Source of the DNA: Amphiscolops sp. MND2022
Taxonomy: Eukaryota
Assembly (NCBI GenBank): GCA_964187785.1
Contig: OZ076409.1
Location: forward strand, 558,001 to 622,000
Direction of reading: 5' to 3'
Length of the DNA stretch: 64,000 bases
Shown here: piece after piece, positions 63,636 to 64,000 of the stretch
Numbering within the stretch: position 1 is the stretch's first letter
How the letters are laid out: every line of letters starts with the position of its first letter
Program-made: the position numbers and the translations under genes
The notes under the pieces: model-generated
Seen by the model: the letters and a program-made list of their open reading frames with translations, nothing else
Databases searched by the model: none
What the model was told of the DNA's origin: nothing

Positions 63636-64000
63636 CTATTTATACTTTGTTATGAAGTCCACATGAGAATTCACCCATCTCAGCCCTATTTGATGGGATC
63701 CCCATACGCCTTTCTGAAGTGATGCAAGACCCAGCATCCATTCCAGTTTGCCGTCTTCTGCCACCCAATGAATGAGGATGTCGACCCCCAACAATGATGC
63801 CAGAGCATGGATAACAATCCCACACACATTTTGATCACAATTAGTTTCTGCAGAACGATGCCCGACACACTCTTCAAAACTGTCTTGGTAAATTGCTCTC
63901 AAGGCTGACTGGATTGACTCGTTCTCCATGTGTGTGAAAACAGCACTTCTCAGTTTCCCGTGATGCCTGTCATCAGCACCGATTCCATGCAACACCGAGA
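63636..64000 (-). CDS. Putative OTU-like cysteine protease domain (C-terminal part), antisense to BEL pol
   Basis: LHG...HGKLRSAVFTHM...IHALASLLGVDILIH...IGLRWVNSHVD follows the OTU pattern HxxLR...AlaxllxvxI...IxLxxxnxH(F/Y)D; the frame is open to the window edge and the catalytic Cys is not visible. Confidence 0.55.
   Translation of the reverse strand, partial: SVLHGIGADDRHHGKLRSAVFTHMENESIQSALRAIYQDSFEECVGHRSAETNCDQNVCGIVIHALASLLGVDILIHWVAEDGKLEWMLGLASLQKGVWGSHQIGLRWVNSHVDFITKYK

Larger units (their letters stand above)
58035..64000 (+). mobile_element. BEL/Pao LTR retrotransposon inside a PGD intron (3' LTR not seen in the window)
   Basis: Putative LTR ends ...CGTACA at 58228, followed by TTTTGGTGGCC (PBS-like); the LTR start at TGTTCA 58035 is a guess; gag-pol follows. 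Confidence 0.85.

Overview
TE-rich eukaryotic (animal) genomic DNA; it looks like a marine invertebrate, but the taxon cannot be determined from the sequence alone. Four host genes are supported. Three lie in tandem on the minus strand: an intronless FBF1-like coiled-coil CDS (20309-23245), a divergent 4-exon RPS8/eS8 carrying an extra Lys/Ala/Gly-rich exon (13059-18477), and a multi-exon TRMT10C/MRPP1-like gene that runs off the left edge. The fourth is 6-phosphogluconate dehydrogenase on the plus strand, starting at 50760 and running off the right edge. Introns and the 27-kb FBF1-PGD interval are packed with mobile DNA: several DINE-1/HINE-like families (some carrying tRNA-like Pol III cassettes), Tc1/mariner MITEs, a MULE with a 9-bp TSD and an adjacent fold-back palindrome, two decayed Ty3/Gypsy elements, a decayed CR1/L2-type LINE, a CRE-like fragment, a 1.49-kb tandem duplication and a nearly intact BEL/Pao element. 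The most notable observations are two LTR elements with unusual cargo 3' of integrase: an antisense OTU-like protease ORF behind the BEL element, and a ~3.2-kb non-Env coding region behind one Gypsy. All homology calls are by eye from recalled motifs; no searches were run.
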